From positions 2,514 through 66,513 of the forward strand of contig DASZLX010000022.1 of assembly GCA_035552155.1 (NCBI GenBank): a stretch of 64,000 nucleotides of DNA, written 5' to 3'. The stretch comes from Verrucomicrobiia bacterium (GTDB taxonomy: Bacteria > Verrucomicrobiota > Verrucomicrobiia > Limisphaerales > DASXHY01). The translations under genes were made by a program, and so were the position numbers. The notes under the pieces are model-generated. The model saw only the letters and a list, made by a program, of their open reading frames with translations, was not told the DNA's origin and ran no database searches. How positions within the stretch are numbered: position 1 is the first letter of the stretch; every line of letters starts with the position of its first letter. Of this stretch, positions 29,082 through 37,327 are shown piece by piece.

Positions 29082-29115
29082 CGTTCAATGCCTTTCGCCG
29101 AAAGAATTGCAAGAC
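29082..29115 (+). promoter_or_regulatory. Copy 4 of the conserved upstream element, back-to-back with copy 3
   Basis: The sequence CGTTCAATGCCTTTCGCCGAAAGAATTGCAAGAC lies 33 nt from copy 3 in divergent orientation. Confidence 0.5.
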
Positions 29116-29177
29116 ATGCCCGGTGAGCCTTGTCATCCTGTCACAAATATCATCGCCTTGACCTTTATAATTCCCGT

Positions 29178-29411
29178 ATGAAGCGAAGCGCTGCGAAACT
29201 CCTCAACGAAACCTTGAACGAGGAAAAAGCGGCGGACGACAAGTTGACGGAGATTGCGAAAAACATCGTCAATGCTGAGGGCCCACGAAGCCAATTCCAA
29301 ATAAAATTCGGTTTGGACTTCAATCCGGCTGGCCCACCCAGCCGGATTCTCACCATGAAAGTCTTCACCCTCCATGTGGGCACTCAAATTATACGCGTCA
29401 TTCATTCTTAA
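29178..29411 (+). pseudogene. Fragment resembling the C-terminus of a DUF892 (YciE/YciF ferritin-like) protein
   Basis: AAKLLNETLNEEKAADDKLTEIAKNIVNAEG resembles the conserved C-terminal helix of DUF892 proteins. No upstream part of the domain is present. Confidence 0.3.
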
Positions 29412-29738
29412 TCTTCCAGATCGCCAATTGAGAAATGCTCAATTTGAATGCCAGCAAAAGTGCCGGCAACATCGTTTTGCATGAGTTTTTTCTGATTCGT
29501 CAGTGATTAGTGACTGAGTACTTGGCAGCTTGACGAAACATCGAAAAACGCCCATTCCACTTGCCCCCGTTGCAGCGAAGCTTTGCGGTCTTGTTGTCAC
29601 CCTGTTCAAAAGCCGACACACTTTTTGCCCTCGATATGTCTGGTCGGAACTCGCCAACAAAAATTAACGCTACCCTTTCGCTTTATTTTTCAACCGTTTG
29701 GAAATCCCTTTCCGATTCTCTGGCCCAAAATGGATCCA

Positions 29739-29754
29739 TGGCATGTCCAGTGCT
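29739..29754 (+). promoter_or_regulatory. Sigma-54-type -24/-12 promoter candidate (TGGCAT-N5-GTGCT)
   Basis: Exact GG-N10-GC spacing, about 190 nt upstream of the ureohydrolase ATG. Confidence 0.45.
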
Positions 29755-29942
29755 TGTGAGTCGGCATGGCTGTTTTCATTAAAACCAAATCGTCGCAGAC
29801 GTTTGACGATAGCCATTTCTTCCAGCGCCTCACGCTGATTGACATCTGCTGCGGACCTCCCATCCGGTCCTGAGCCCACCAGCGCGTTCCGGTTCTACGG
29901 AACCTATGTCTCCAGAAATTAACCGTCCGTAATTTTGTACTT

Positions 29943-31439
29943 ATGGGTTTTGGTCATTCACATCCTAAACGTATTCGCAGAGTCCGTTCAGTCACTAAAG
30001 CAGCGCAACACGATCTGGCGCACACCGAAGGCAAAGAACATCACGATGTTCCCGGCCATGCGTTCAATCCTGGCGTGCATCACCACGCCGATAAGCCCGG
30101 TGCGCAAAGCAAATATCACTCGCCGCCCGCCGGTGAAAACTGGCCGCCCTTTCCAGATCTGCCGAGTTCGCATCATCCGCACCCGGAACATCCCGAGGGC
30201 TATCCCTGGAAACCGGTGCAACACGCGGATTACGGCGAAGTCGGCCACGTGCCGCCCGGGCACGCGCATCCGGAAATTTTTGATCCCGCCGTTCGCCAGG
30301 GCGCGTGGGCGAAATATCGCGAAGCCGAACTCGGCTCCAAGGGATGGAAGGAGGAAGTCGAGCGCTGCATTGAATTCGGCCTCGAAGCCGCGCCTTCGAT
30401 CAAAGATCGCACGATCTCGACATTCGCTCGCGGCGAATTGCCGCACTTCGCCGGCATCAACACGTTTTGCAAAACGCATTACCTCGAAGACGTCAAAAAG
30501 GTTTCCGGCTTTGATGCCGCGGTCATCGGTGTGCCATTTGATATTGGCACCACGTATCGCAGCGGCACGCGTTTCGGCCCGCAAGCCATTCGCCGCATCT
30601 CGGCGCTTTACGGCACTTATAATTATGAACTCGGTGTTGACCTGCGCGAATCACTGAAGTGGTGCGACGTCGGCGACGTGTTCGCCATTGCGAACATCGA
30701 AAAGGGTTTCGACCAAATCTCCAAAGCCGTCGCGCACGTGCGCTCCAACGGCGTGTTTCCCATCATGCTGGGTGGCGATCATTCGATTGGTTATCCCGAT
30801 GTGCGCGGCATCGCGCCTTACATCGATGGCCCGGTCGGGATTATCCATATCGATCGTCACGTGGACACGCAGGAAACGGACATGGATGAACGCATGCACA
30901 CGTGTCCGTGGTTCCATGCCACGAATATTCCGAACGCGCCGCCGGTTAATCTCGTGCAACTCGGCATCGGCGGCTGGCAGGCGCCACGGCCGGGTGTAAA
31001 AGTCGGCCGCTCGCGCGGCACCAGTGTGCTCACCATTGAAGACATCGTGATGATGGGTGTCGATAAGGCCGCTGAAATCGCGCTCGACATCGCCTGGAGC
31101 AATGGCGCGAAAGCCGTTTATCTCAGCTTCGACGTGGATTCGCTGGACGCCGGCTTCGTTCCCGGCACCGGCTGGCCGGAACCGGGCGGCTTCCTCCCGC
31201 GTGAAGTCTTGCGCTTGCTGCGCCTCGTCGCCCGCGAAGGTTTATGCGGAATGGAAGTCGTTGAAGTCGCTCCACAATACGACGTGGGCGACAAAACCGC
31301 GCTAATCGGCACGCGTGCCATCATGGACGTGCTCGCGACGCTGGTTAACGAAGGCAAGCTCGGCAAAAAACCGGAAACCAAATTGCCACCGCCCCCGTAT
31401 TGGCCGGAGCGCCGGAAGAAGAATACTAAAAAGAAATAA
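29943..31439 (+). CDS. Arginase/agmatinase-family ureohydrolase with a histidine-rich N-terminal extension of about 165 aa
   Basis: Ureohydrolase motifs GGDHSIGYP, IIHIDRHVDTQ, SFDVDSLDAGFVPGTGWPEPGGF and VEVAPQYD. There are 19 His in the first 110 residues (counted), and a lysine-rich C-terminal tail. Confidence 0.85.
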   Translation: MGFGHSHPKRIRRVRSVTKAAQHDLAHTEGKEHHDVPGHAFNPGVHHHADKPGAQSKYHSPPAGENWPPFPDLPSSHHPHPEHPEGYPWKPVQHADYGEVGHVPPGHAHPEIFDPAVRQGAWAKYREAELGSKGWKEEVERCIEFGLEAAPSIKDRTISTFARGELPHFAGINTFCKTHYLEDVKKVSGFDAAVIGVPFDIGTTYRSGTRFGPQAIRRISALYGTYNYELGVDLRESLKWCDVGDVFAIANIEKGFDQISKAVAHVRSNGVFPIMLGGDHSIGYPDVRGIAPYIDGPVGIIHIDRHVDTQETDMDERMHTCPWFHATNIPNAPPVNLVQLGIGGWQAPRPGVKVGRSRGTSVLTIEDIVMMGVDKAAEIALDIAWSNGAKAVYLSFDVDSLDAGFVPGTGWPEPGGFLPREVLRLLRLVAREGLCGMEVVEVAPQYDVGDKTALIGTRAIMDVLATLVNEGKLGKKPETKLPPPPYWPERRKKNTKKK

Positions 31440-31521
31440 CCTCGATGAATTTGAGTCCGCCGGAAATAGATCGTTACGCGGGGCTATTCTGAAATCAAAA
31501 CAACCAAGAAAGGAAAACCAA

Positions 31522-32493
31522 ATGAAACTTAAAAAACTATTGGCAGCGGGACTCCTCGGGCTAATGAGTCTGAGCGCGGTCACTGCGGCGCCCATTAAAA
31601 TCGGTTACAGTGATTGGCCGGGATTCACCGTGCTCGAAGTGGCCAAGCAAAAGGGTTGGTTCAAGGAGGCCGGACTCGACGTGGAACTCGTCTGGTTTGA
31701 ATATTCGCCATCCATTGATGCTTTTGCGGCGGGGAAAATCGATGGCGTCACGATTGTCGCCGGTGATGATATGGTGACGGGCGCCAGCGGCGCCAAAAGC
31801 AAAATCGTTTGCCTCATCGATTACAGTGAAGGCAGCGATATGATTATCGGCGCGCCCGGCGTCGAATCCATCCATGATTTAAAAGGAAAAAAAGTGGGCA
31901 TTGAACTCACACTGGTGGAACACGAACTCCTCCTGCAGGCGCTCAAAGCCAACGGCATGAGCCAATCCGATGTGACACTCGTGGGAACTTCCACCGACAA
32001 AACGCCCCAAGCGCTTGCCTCGGGACAGGTTTCGGCCATTGGCGCCTGGTACCCGGTTTCCGGTCAGGCCCTGAAAACTGTTCCCGGCTCCAAAAAATTA
32101 TTCACCAGCGCGGATGCCAAGGGACTCATCTTCGACGTCATCGCCGTGAACCCGACCAGTTACGCGCAGCACAAAGAAGATTGGGCGAAGATCACCGCCA
32201 TATATTATAAATGCGTGGATTACCTAAAGGACCCGAAGACGATGGATGACGCCGTTAAGATCATGGCCGCCAAAGTCGGAGCGGACCCGGCTGAATACGC
32301 CAAGAACATTCCCGGCACGCATTTCCTCACGTTGGCGGAAGCCAAGGCTGCTTTGAAGAAGAGCCATGAGATGTCGTCCCTCTACGGTTCAATGGAGATG
32401 AGCGACAAATTCTATCTCGAAAACAAAGTCTATAAAGATTCGCAAAAGCCCTCGGATTACGTTGTGCCGGGAATCGTCAATGGCTTGAAATAG
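31522..32493 (+). CDS. ABC transporter substrate-binding protein, NitT/TauT (NMT1/THI5-like) family
   Basis: Signal peptide MKLKKLLAAGLLGLMSLSAVTA, then IKIGYSDWPGFTVLEVAKQKGWFKEAGLDVELVWF. An AAGGAAA ribosome-binding sequence lies upstream of the ATG at 31522. Confidence 0.8.
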   Translation: MKLKKLLAAGLLGLMSLSAVTAAPIKIGYSDWPGFTVLEVAKQKGWFKEAGLDVELVWFEYSPSIDAFAAGKIDGVTIVAGDDMVTGASGAKSKIVCLIDYSEGSDMIIGAPGVESIHDLKGKKVGIELTLVEHELLLQALKANGMSQSDVTLVGTSTDKTPQALASGQVSAIGAWYPVSGQALKTVPGSKKLFTSADAKGLIFDVIAVNPTSYAQHKEDWAKITAIYYKCVDYLKDPKTMDDAVKIMAAKVGADPAEYAKNIPGTHFLTLAEAKAALKKSHEMSSLYGSMEMSDKFYLENKVYKDSQKPSDYVVPGIVNGLK

Positions 32494-32535
32494 TTATTCC
32501 CATGTAGCGGGGGTCTGTGACCGCCATCATAAACT

Positions 32536-33621
32536 ATGGCACACCACGATTGGCTCGGACTAAAAAACGAATTGCCGCATCGGCGGAAGATTCTGCTCAC
32601 GGTGCTGTCGTTCCTCGTCCCGCTCGCGTTGTGGTGTGCCATTAGTTATATCCCGAGCCTCTGGCATCCGTTGGTGCACGTGACGAATGTCGGCAGCGTC
32701 GACTACTTCGTAACGGGTATGGATGTGCCGCGCGCGACTTTCGATCAGGAAGTGGCGAAAGCGCTCGCGGCCGGCCAGGAAGTGCCACAGGGTTATCTCG
32801 TCAATCCCGTTTACCTTCCCGCCCCCCACAAAGTCGCGCGCGCGTTTTACACCGCGTTCAAAACACCGCCCCGATTGCAAAATGAACCATGGCTTCACGA
32901 AAGCCTCGGCCACAGCATTCGCACAATTTTTCTTGGCTTCGTTATTTCGTCCATCTTCGGGTTGCCGTTGGGAATTTTATGCGGGTCTTATCGCTTTTTC
33001 GCAAAACTGCAGGAACCGTTCATTGAATTTTTTCGCTATCTCCCCGCGCCCGCGTTTGGCGCGTTGTGTGTGGCCATTCTCGGAATCGACGATGCTCCGA
33101 AAATCGCGATCATTTTCATCGGCACATTTTTTCAACAAGTCCTCGTCATCGGCAACACGGTCCGCAAAGTGGACCCGGCGTTGCTTGAAGCCGCGCAGAC
33201 ACTCGGAGCTCGTGGTCTCCGCCTCATGACCCATGTCATCATTCCCGCGTCTATTACGGACATTTACACCGACATGCGCATCCTGTTGGGTTGGGCTTGG
33301 ACGTATCTGATCGTCGCGGAAGTTGTGGGCACCATGTCCGGCATCACGCTCTTCATTAATCAACAGGCGCGCTATCGGAATTTCGACAATGTCTATGCGG
33401 CCATCGCCATGATCGGGATCATCGGTCTCTCCACTGACATGTTCCTCGCGTGGCTCGGCAACGTTCTATTTCCGTGGAAACGTCCGGCGCGCGCCGGTTC
33501 AACAAAGCGCACGCGGCTGAGAAAACTTTCACCGAAATCTCCTGTGCTGGAAATCCCGGACACACCCCCGGTCAAAATCGTGGAAGAAAAACCTACCGTC
33601 GAATTGAATGCCGCTCAGTGA
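32536..33621 (+). CDS. ABC transporter permease, NitT/TauT family, with extended N- and C-termini
   Basis: BPD-transporter EAA-like region LLEAAQTLGARGLRLMTHVIIPAS. 361 aa. Confidence 0.85.
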   Translation: MAHHDWLGLKNELPHRRKILLTVLSFLVPLALWCAISYIPSLWHPLVHVTNVGSVDYFVTGMDVPRATFDQEVAKALAAGQEVPQGYLVNPVYLPAPHKVARAFYTAFKTPPRLQNEPWLHESLGHSIRTIFLGFVISSIFGLPLGILCGSYRFFAKLQEPFIEFFRYLPAPAFGALCVAILGIDDAPKIAIIFIGTFFQQVLVIGNTVRKVDPALLEAAQTLGARGLRLMTHVIIPASITDIYTDMRILLGWAWTYLIVAEVVGTMSGITLFINQQARYRNFDNVYAAIAMIGIIGLSTDMFLAWLGNVLFPWKRPARAGSTKRTRLRKLSPKSPVLEIPDTPPVKIVEEKPTVELNAAQ

Positions 33622-34507
33622 ACTAAAACTTCCCGATTACCGCGAGCAATCGCCGGCCGTCGCCGCGCGATTCGAGCGCATCCGCCAGCGCAAAGTCATC
33701 CTCAGCGTGCGCGGGCTGAAGAAATGTTTTGGCCCGAACGGCAACACCCACGTCGTTTTCGAAAACGTCTCGCTGGATATTCATCGCCGCGAATTCATTT
33801 GCGTTGTCGGCGCATCGGGTTGCGGCAAATCCACGCTGGCACGCATCGTAGCCGGCCTGGACGAAGCCACTGCCGGAAAGATTTTGCTCAACGAAAAACC
33901 AGTGAACGGCCCTGGTCCGGACCGTGGGATGGTGTTTCAAGGTTACACTTTGTTCCCATGGCTCTCGGTGTGCAGCAATGTCATGTTCGGCCTGAAAATG
34001 CATGGCAAAGACGATAATACTGCCAAGGCCGAGGCGCGCCAATGGCTCGACATGGTCGGTTTGTCGAAATTTGAAAATTCGTATCCGCATGAACTTTCCG
34101 GTGGCATGAAACAACGTGTGGCCATCGCCCGCGCGCTCGCGAACAACCCACGCATCCTCATCATGGATGAACCCTTCGCGGCGCTCGACGCGCAAACGCG
34201 CTGCCAGATGCAATCGTACCTCCTCCAGATTTGGAAAAAGATCGATGCTACCATTTTGTTCATTACACATGACCTCGACGAGGCGGCGTACCTTTCAGAT
34301 CGCATCCTCGTGATGGGCGCAAATCCCGGCCGTGTGGTTGAGTTTATCGAAAACCCTGTTTCGCGCCCGCGCAGCAATGCGCAGTTTCTTTCGCCGGAGT
34401 TTTTGGCGCTGAAAAAGCGGCTCGAGGAACACATTCATCCGCCTATGGAAGTCGCTGAGAAATTGCCGATGATCAAACTCACGGAGGCTGGCGATGAAGT
34501 TGAATAA
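33608..34507 (+). CDS. ABC transporter ATP-binding protein, NitT/TauT family
   Basis: Walker A GASGCGKST, signature LSGGMKQRVAIARAL and Walker B ILIMDEPFAALD. It overlaps the permease gene by 14 nt. Confidence 0.9.
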   Translation: MPLSELKLPDYREQSPAVAARFERIRQRKVILSVRGLKKCFGPNGNTHVVFENVSLDIHRREFICVVGASGCGKSTLARIVAGLDEATAGKILLNEKPVNGPGPDRGMVFQGYTLFPWLSVCSNVMFGLKMHGKDDNTAKAEARQWLDMVGLSKFENSYPHELSGGMKQRVAIARALANNPRILIMDEPFAALDAQTRCQMQSYLLQIWKKIDATILFITHDLDEAAYLSDRILVMGANPGRVVEFIENPVSRPRSNAQFLSPEFLALKKRLEEHIHPPMEVAEKLPMIKLTEAGDEVE

Positions 34508-34907
34508 TCCCGGCAGCACCGGCATCCCGCTGGCCCGTATCCTTCCAACTGTTTTTCGCTGGCTCAGCACCATTCTTTTTATTTCCGCGATTGGCACGAT
34601 GCTGACGCTGCTGGGGTCCGACGCATTGAATGCGCTCACGTTCACCACGGTACACCGTCACGCAGGAGCATTGTCGTTCATGTTGATCGGCTCGTCCTAC
34701 GTCGTATTGCAAATCAGTTTGCGACGGCCTCGGAGCGAAAAGTTGAAGGCGATTATGATCGGAATGGCTTTTCTTTTTTGGGGCTCGGAACAATTCCTCC
34801 CGCCCAGCCTGTTTGCGACCGCAATGGATACCGCCGTCGTCGTCATTTTCGTAGTCGATTTAAGCCTGATAATCATTGAACATCTAAAACGTAATCATTA
34901 TGAGTAA
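34494..34907 (+). CDS. Small integral membrane protein (about 4 TM), unknown function
   Basis: 137 aa with four hydrophobic segments. A GGAGG sequence lies 7 nt upstream of the ATG. It overlaps both neighbouring genes (14 nt and 8 nt). Confidence 0.55.
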   Translation: MKLNNPGSTGIPLARILPTVFRWLSTILFISAIGTMLTLLGSDALNALTFTTVHRHAGALSFMLIGSSYVVLQISLRRPRSEKLKAIMIGMAFLFWGSEQFLPPSLFATAMDTAVVVIFVVDLSLIIIEHLKRNHYE

Positions 34908-35604
34908 CCTCCCCCTGAACCAGGCCCCTGCGCTACTGATCGTCGCAGCCGGAATCGGCGCCGGACTTGTTCACGTTTTCTCCGGCCCAGACCATCTCGC
35001 GGCGATTGCGCCCCTTGCCCTGAAACGCCAGCGCGGCGCATGGCTCACCGGTTTGCGTTGGGGAATGGGCCACGCCTCGGGTGTAATTTTTGTGGGCGTT
35101 CTCTCGCTGATTTTGCGCGGCCTGTTGCCGGTTGATTTGATTTCGAGCTGGAGCGATCGCCTCGTCGGCGCGCTCCTGATCGGCATCGGCCTTTGGACGT
35201 TGCGCAAAGCGTTGCTCATCCACACGCACACGCATGCGCACGAGGGCGAATCACACGAGCACATTCACATTCACGGTCGTAACAATGCGAAAGCGCACAG
35301 TGTGAAACGACATGTGCACACCCACGCCGCGTTTGGTATTGGCACACTGCACGGGCTTTCCGGCAGTTCGCATTTTCTGGCAATCATTCCCGCGCTGGCC
35401 ATGCCATCCACCGCTTTGGCCATAATATATCTGGCCTGCTACGGTGTCGGCACGGTGTTGGCGATGATGCTATTCGCCTCGGCCATCAATTCATTTTCCA
35501 TGCGCTTTGCCGCCACGGCAAAAGTCTATCGTGGATTCATGTTTGCGTGTTCCGGCCTGGCGGTCACGATTGGCTGCATCTGGCTGTTCGGTCTCGGTTT
35601 TTAA
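34900..35604 (+). CDS. Putative nickel permease (HupE/UreJ-like motif) with a central His-rich loop
   Basis: HVFSGPDHLAAIAPLA is repeated after the loop as LHGLSGSSHFLAIIPALA. The loop HTHTHAHEGESHEHIHIHGRNNAKAHSVKRHVHTH holds 12 His in 35 residues (counted). The gene sits directly upstream of ureD. Confidence 0.6.
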   Translation: MSNLPLNQAPALLIVAAGIGAGLVHVFSGPDHLAAIAPLALKRQRGAWLTGLRWGMGHASGVIFVGVLSLILRGLLPVDLISSWSDRLVGALLIGIGLWTLRKALLIHTHTHAHEGESHEHIHIHGRNNAKAHSVKRHVHTHAAFGIGTLHGLSGSSHFLAIIPALAMPSTALAIIYLACYGVGTVLAMMLFASAINSFSMRFAATAKVYRGFMFACSGLAVTIGCIWLFGLGF

Positions 35605-35610
35605 GTTCGC

Positions 35611-36462
35611 GTGAAGCTTTCGGAAAACAATTTCAAAATCGCGCCGAACACAAAAGGCTGTGCGCATCTGGAAGTTGAAATGGTGTTTGGTGAAAGCACG
35701 GCCACGTCCTCATCTGCGACCAGTCCGCTGAAACTTCTCACACCCTGCTCGCGCGGCAAAAGTGTATGGGCTTATGCGAGCAATTTCGGCGGCGGACTCG
35801 TCGCCGGTGACGAAACGCAACTGGATCTGCGCATCGGCACTGAAGCACGTTGCTTTTTCGGCACGCAGGCATCGACCAAAGTTTACCGCAACCCCGCACA
35901 ACTCCCTTGTTCGCACACCACCCGGGCGAGGTTGGAGAGTGGCTCTCTGCTCGTTTTTGCCCCGGATGCAATCCAGGCCTTTGCCGGCTCAAGCTACCGT
36001 CAACGCCAGGAATTTCATCTCCCTGACGACGCGGGATTGGTTCTGGTGGACTGGTTCACTGCCGGCCGGGCTGCTCGCGGCGAACGCTGGGCCTTCGACA
36101 ATTTTCAAAGCCGCAATGATGTCTTCATTGATGAACGTTGCGTGTTTGTCGACTCCATCCTGTTGAATCCTGACGCCGGCGCAATGGCATCGCCACATCG
36201 CGTCGGACGCTTCAATTGTTTTGCAATGCTCCTTCTTATCGGCGCACCGATGCGCGAAGCCGCGACGCACCTGATAACCGAAATTTCGTCGCGCCCGGTT
36301 GAACGCAATACGATGCTCCTGCGCAGCGCCAGCCCCGTCCAGGACGGCGTTGTATTACGCGCCGCCGGCGAAGATGTCGAGAGCGTCAGTCGCGAACTGA
36401 AAAACCACTTAGCTTTCCTCGCCGCTTTTCTTGGCGACGATCCCTGGGCCAGAAAATGGTAG
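35611..36462 (+). CDS. ureD: Urease accessory protein UreD (UreH)
   Basis: UreD-like pattern: GGGLVAGDETQLDLRIGTEARCFFGTQASTKVYR and LVDWFTAGR. GTG start. Position is consistent with the urease operon. Confidence 0.8.
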   Translation: MKLSENNFKIAPNTKGCAHLEVEMVFGESTATSSSATSPLKLLTPCSRGKSVWAYASNFGGGLVAGDETQLDLRIGTEARCFFGTQASTKVYRNPAQLPCSHTTRARLESGSLLVFAPDAIQAFAGSSYRQRQEFHLPDDAGLVLVDWFTAGRAARGERWAFDNFQSRNDVFIDERCVFVDSILLNPDAGAMASPHRVGRFNCFAMLLLIGAPMREAATHLITEISSRPVERNTMLLRSASPVQDGVVLRAAGEDVESVSRELKNHLAFLAAFLGDDPWARKW

Positions 36463-36498
36463 TCACCATTTAACTCATTTAACAAAGTTAACGAACCC

Positions 36499-37254
36499 AT
36501 GCACCTGACCCCTCGCGAAATCGAAAAGTTGATGTTGCACAACGCGGGTTTTCTCGCGCAGAAACGCCTTGCGCGCGGTCTGCGCCTGAATCATCCGGAG
36601 GCGGTCGCGCTGATTGCCGCGCAATTACTTGAGTTTATCCGCGATGGCAAGAGCGTGGCGGAACTTATGAACCTTGGCCGCAAGTTTCTCGGACGAAACC
36701 AGGTGATGTCAGGTGTGCCGGAAATGATCCACGACGTGCAGGTGGAAGGCACCTTTCCCGACGGCTCCAAACTCGTCACCGTGCACCACCCCATCGCGAG
36801 TGAAAACGGCGATCTTGCGCTGGCGCTGCGAGGAAGCTTTCTTCCCGCGCCGAACGTTTCCATTTTCAATTCCGTTGCCGACGAGGGCGAACCCGGTGCA
36901 GTGAAAGCGCGCGACGGCGAAATCCAACTGAACGCTGGCCGCCAGACCGCCGAAGTGCGTGTGACGAATCTCGGCGATCGCCCCATCCAGGTCGGCAGCC
37001 ACTATCATTTTATTGAAACAAATGCCGCGTTGAAATTCGACCGTGGCGCAGCTTACGGGAAACGTTTGGACATTCCCGCCGGGACTGCGGTGCGATTCGA
37101 GCCTGGCGAAACCAAAACCGTCCGGCTCGTCGACATCGCCGGCAAAAAAGTCATTCGCGGTGGAAATAATTTGGCGAACGGAAAAGTGTCTGCTGCGGGA
37201 AAGAAGGCGGCATTGAAAAAAGTGAGGGCAAAAAATTTCGCAAACAGAGATTAA
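36499..37254 (+). CDS. ureAB: Urease gamma-beta fusion subunit (UreAB)
   Basis: N-terminal [39 protein letters not shown] (gamma). C-terminal [19 protein letters not shown]...[16 protein letters not shown] (beta). Confidence 0.9.
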   Translation: MHLTPREIEKLMLHNAGFLAQKRLARGLRLNHPEAVALIAAQLLEFIRDGKSVAELMNLGRKFLGRNQVMSGVPEMIHDVQVEGTFPDGSKLVTVHHPIASENGDLALALRGSFLPAPNVSIFNSVADEGEPGAVKARDGEIQLNAGRQTAEVRVTNLGDRPIQVGSHYHFIETNAALKFDRGAAYGKRLDIPAGTAVRFEPGETKTVRLVDIAGKKVIRGGNNLANGKVSAAGKKAALKKVRAKNFANRD

Positions 37255-37327
37255 TGCGCTACAGGAACTGGGACTGGGCGGCGATTTCTCTGCGCCTTCT
37301 GTGTCCCTGTGGCAAAAATAAATTGTT

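Noticed and set aside
29670-29879. 69-aa minus-strand ORF (MGSGPDGRSAADVNQREALEEMAIVKRL...)
   Set aside because: It has no recognisable family and overlaps the sigma-54-like promoter and leader of the plus-strand operon. I saw no ribosome-binding site. It is kept only as a remote possibility.
29766-29942. Possible guanidine riboswitch (ykkC class I, mini-ykkC or ykkC-III) in the leader of the ureohydrolase operon
   Set aside because: I searched both strands by eye for the conserved cores: GGGUUCCG...GGUCCGAGAG...ACACGG..GGGA.AAAGCCCGGGAG for class I, paired ACGR tetraloop hairpins for class II, and CCGGACGAGG...ACCCGGUCAGGAC for class III. Only short chance resemblances appeared (CCGGUCCUGAG, and an ACGG not closed by G-C pairs). 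An Infernal scan would be decisive.
29935-30657. 240-aa alternative-frame ORF overlapping the 5' end of the ureohydrolase gene
   Set aside because: It is extremely Arg/Pro/Ala-rich with no fold signature. The His-rich frame runs without interruption into the conserved ureohydrolase core, so that frame is the coding one.
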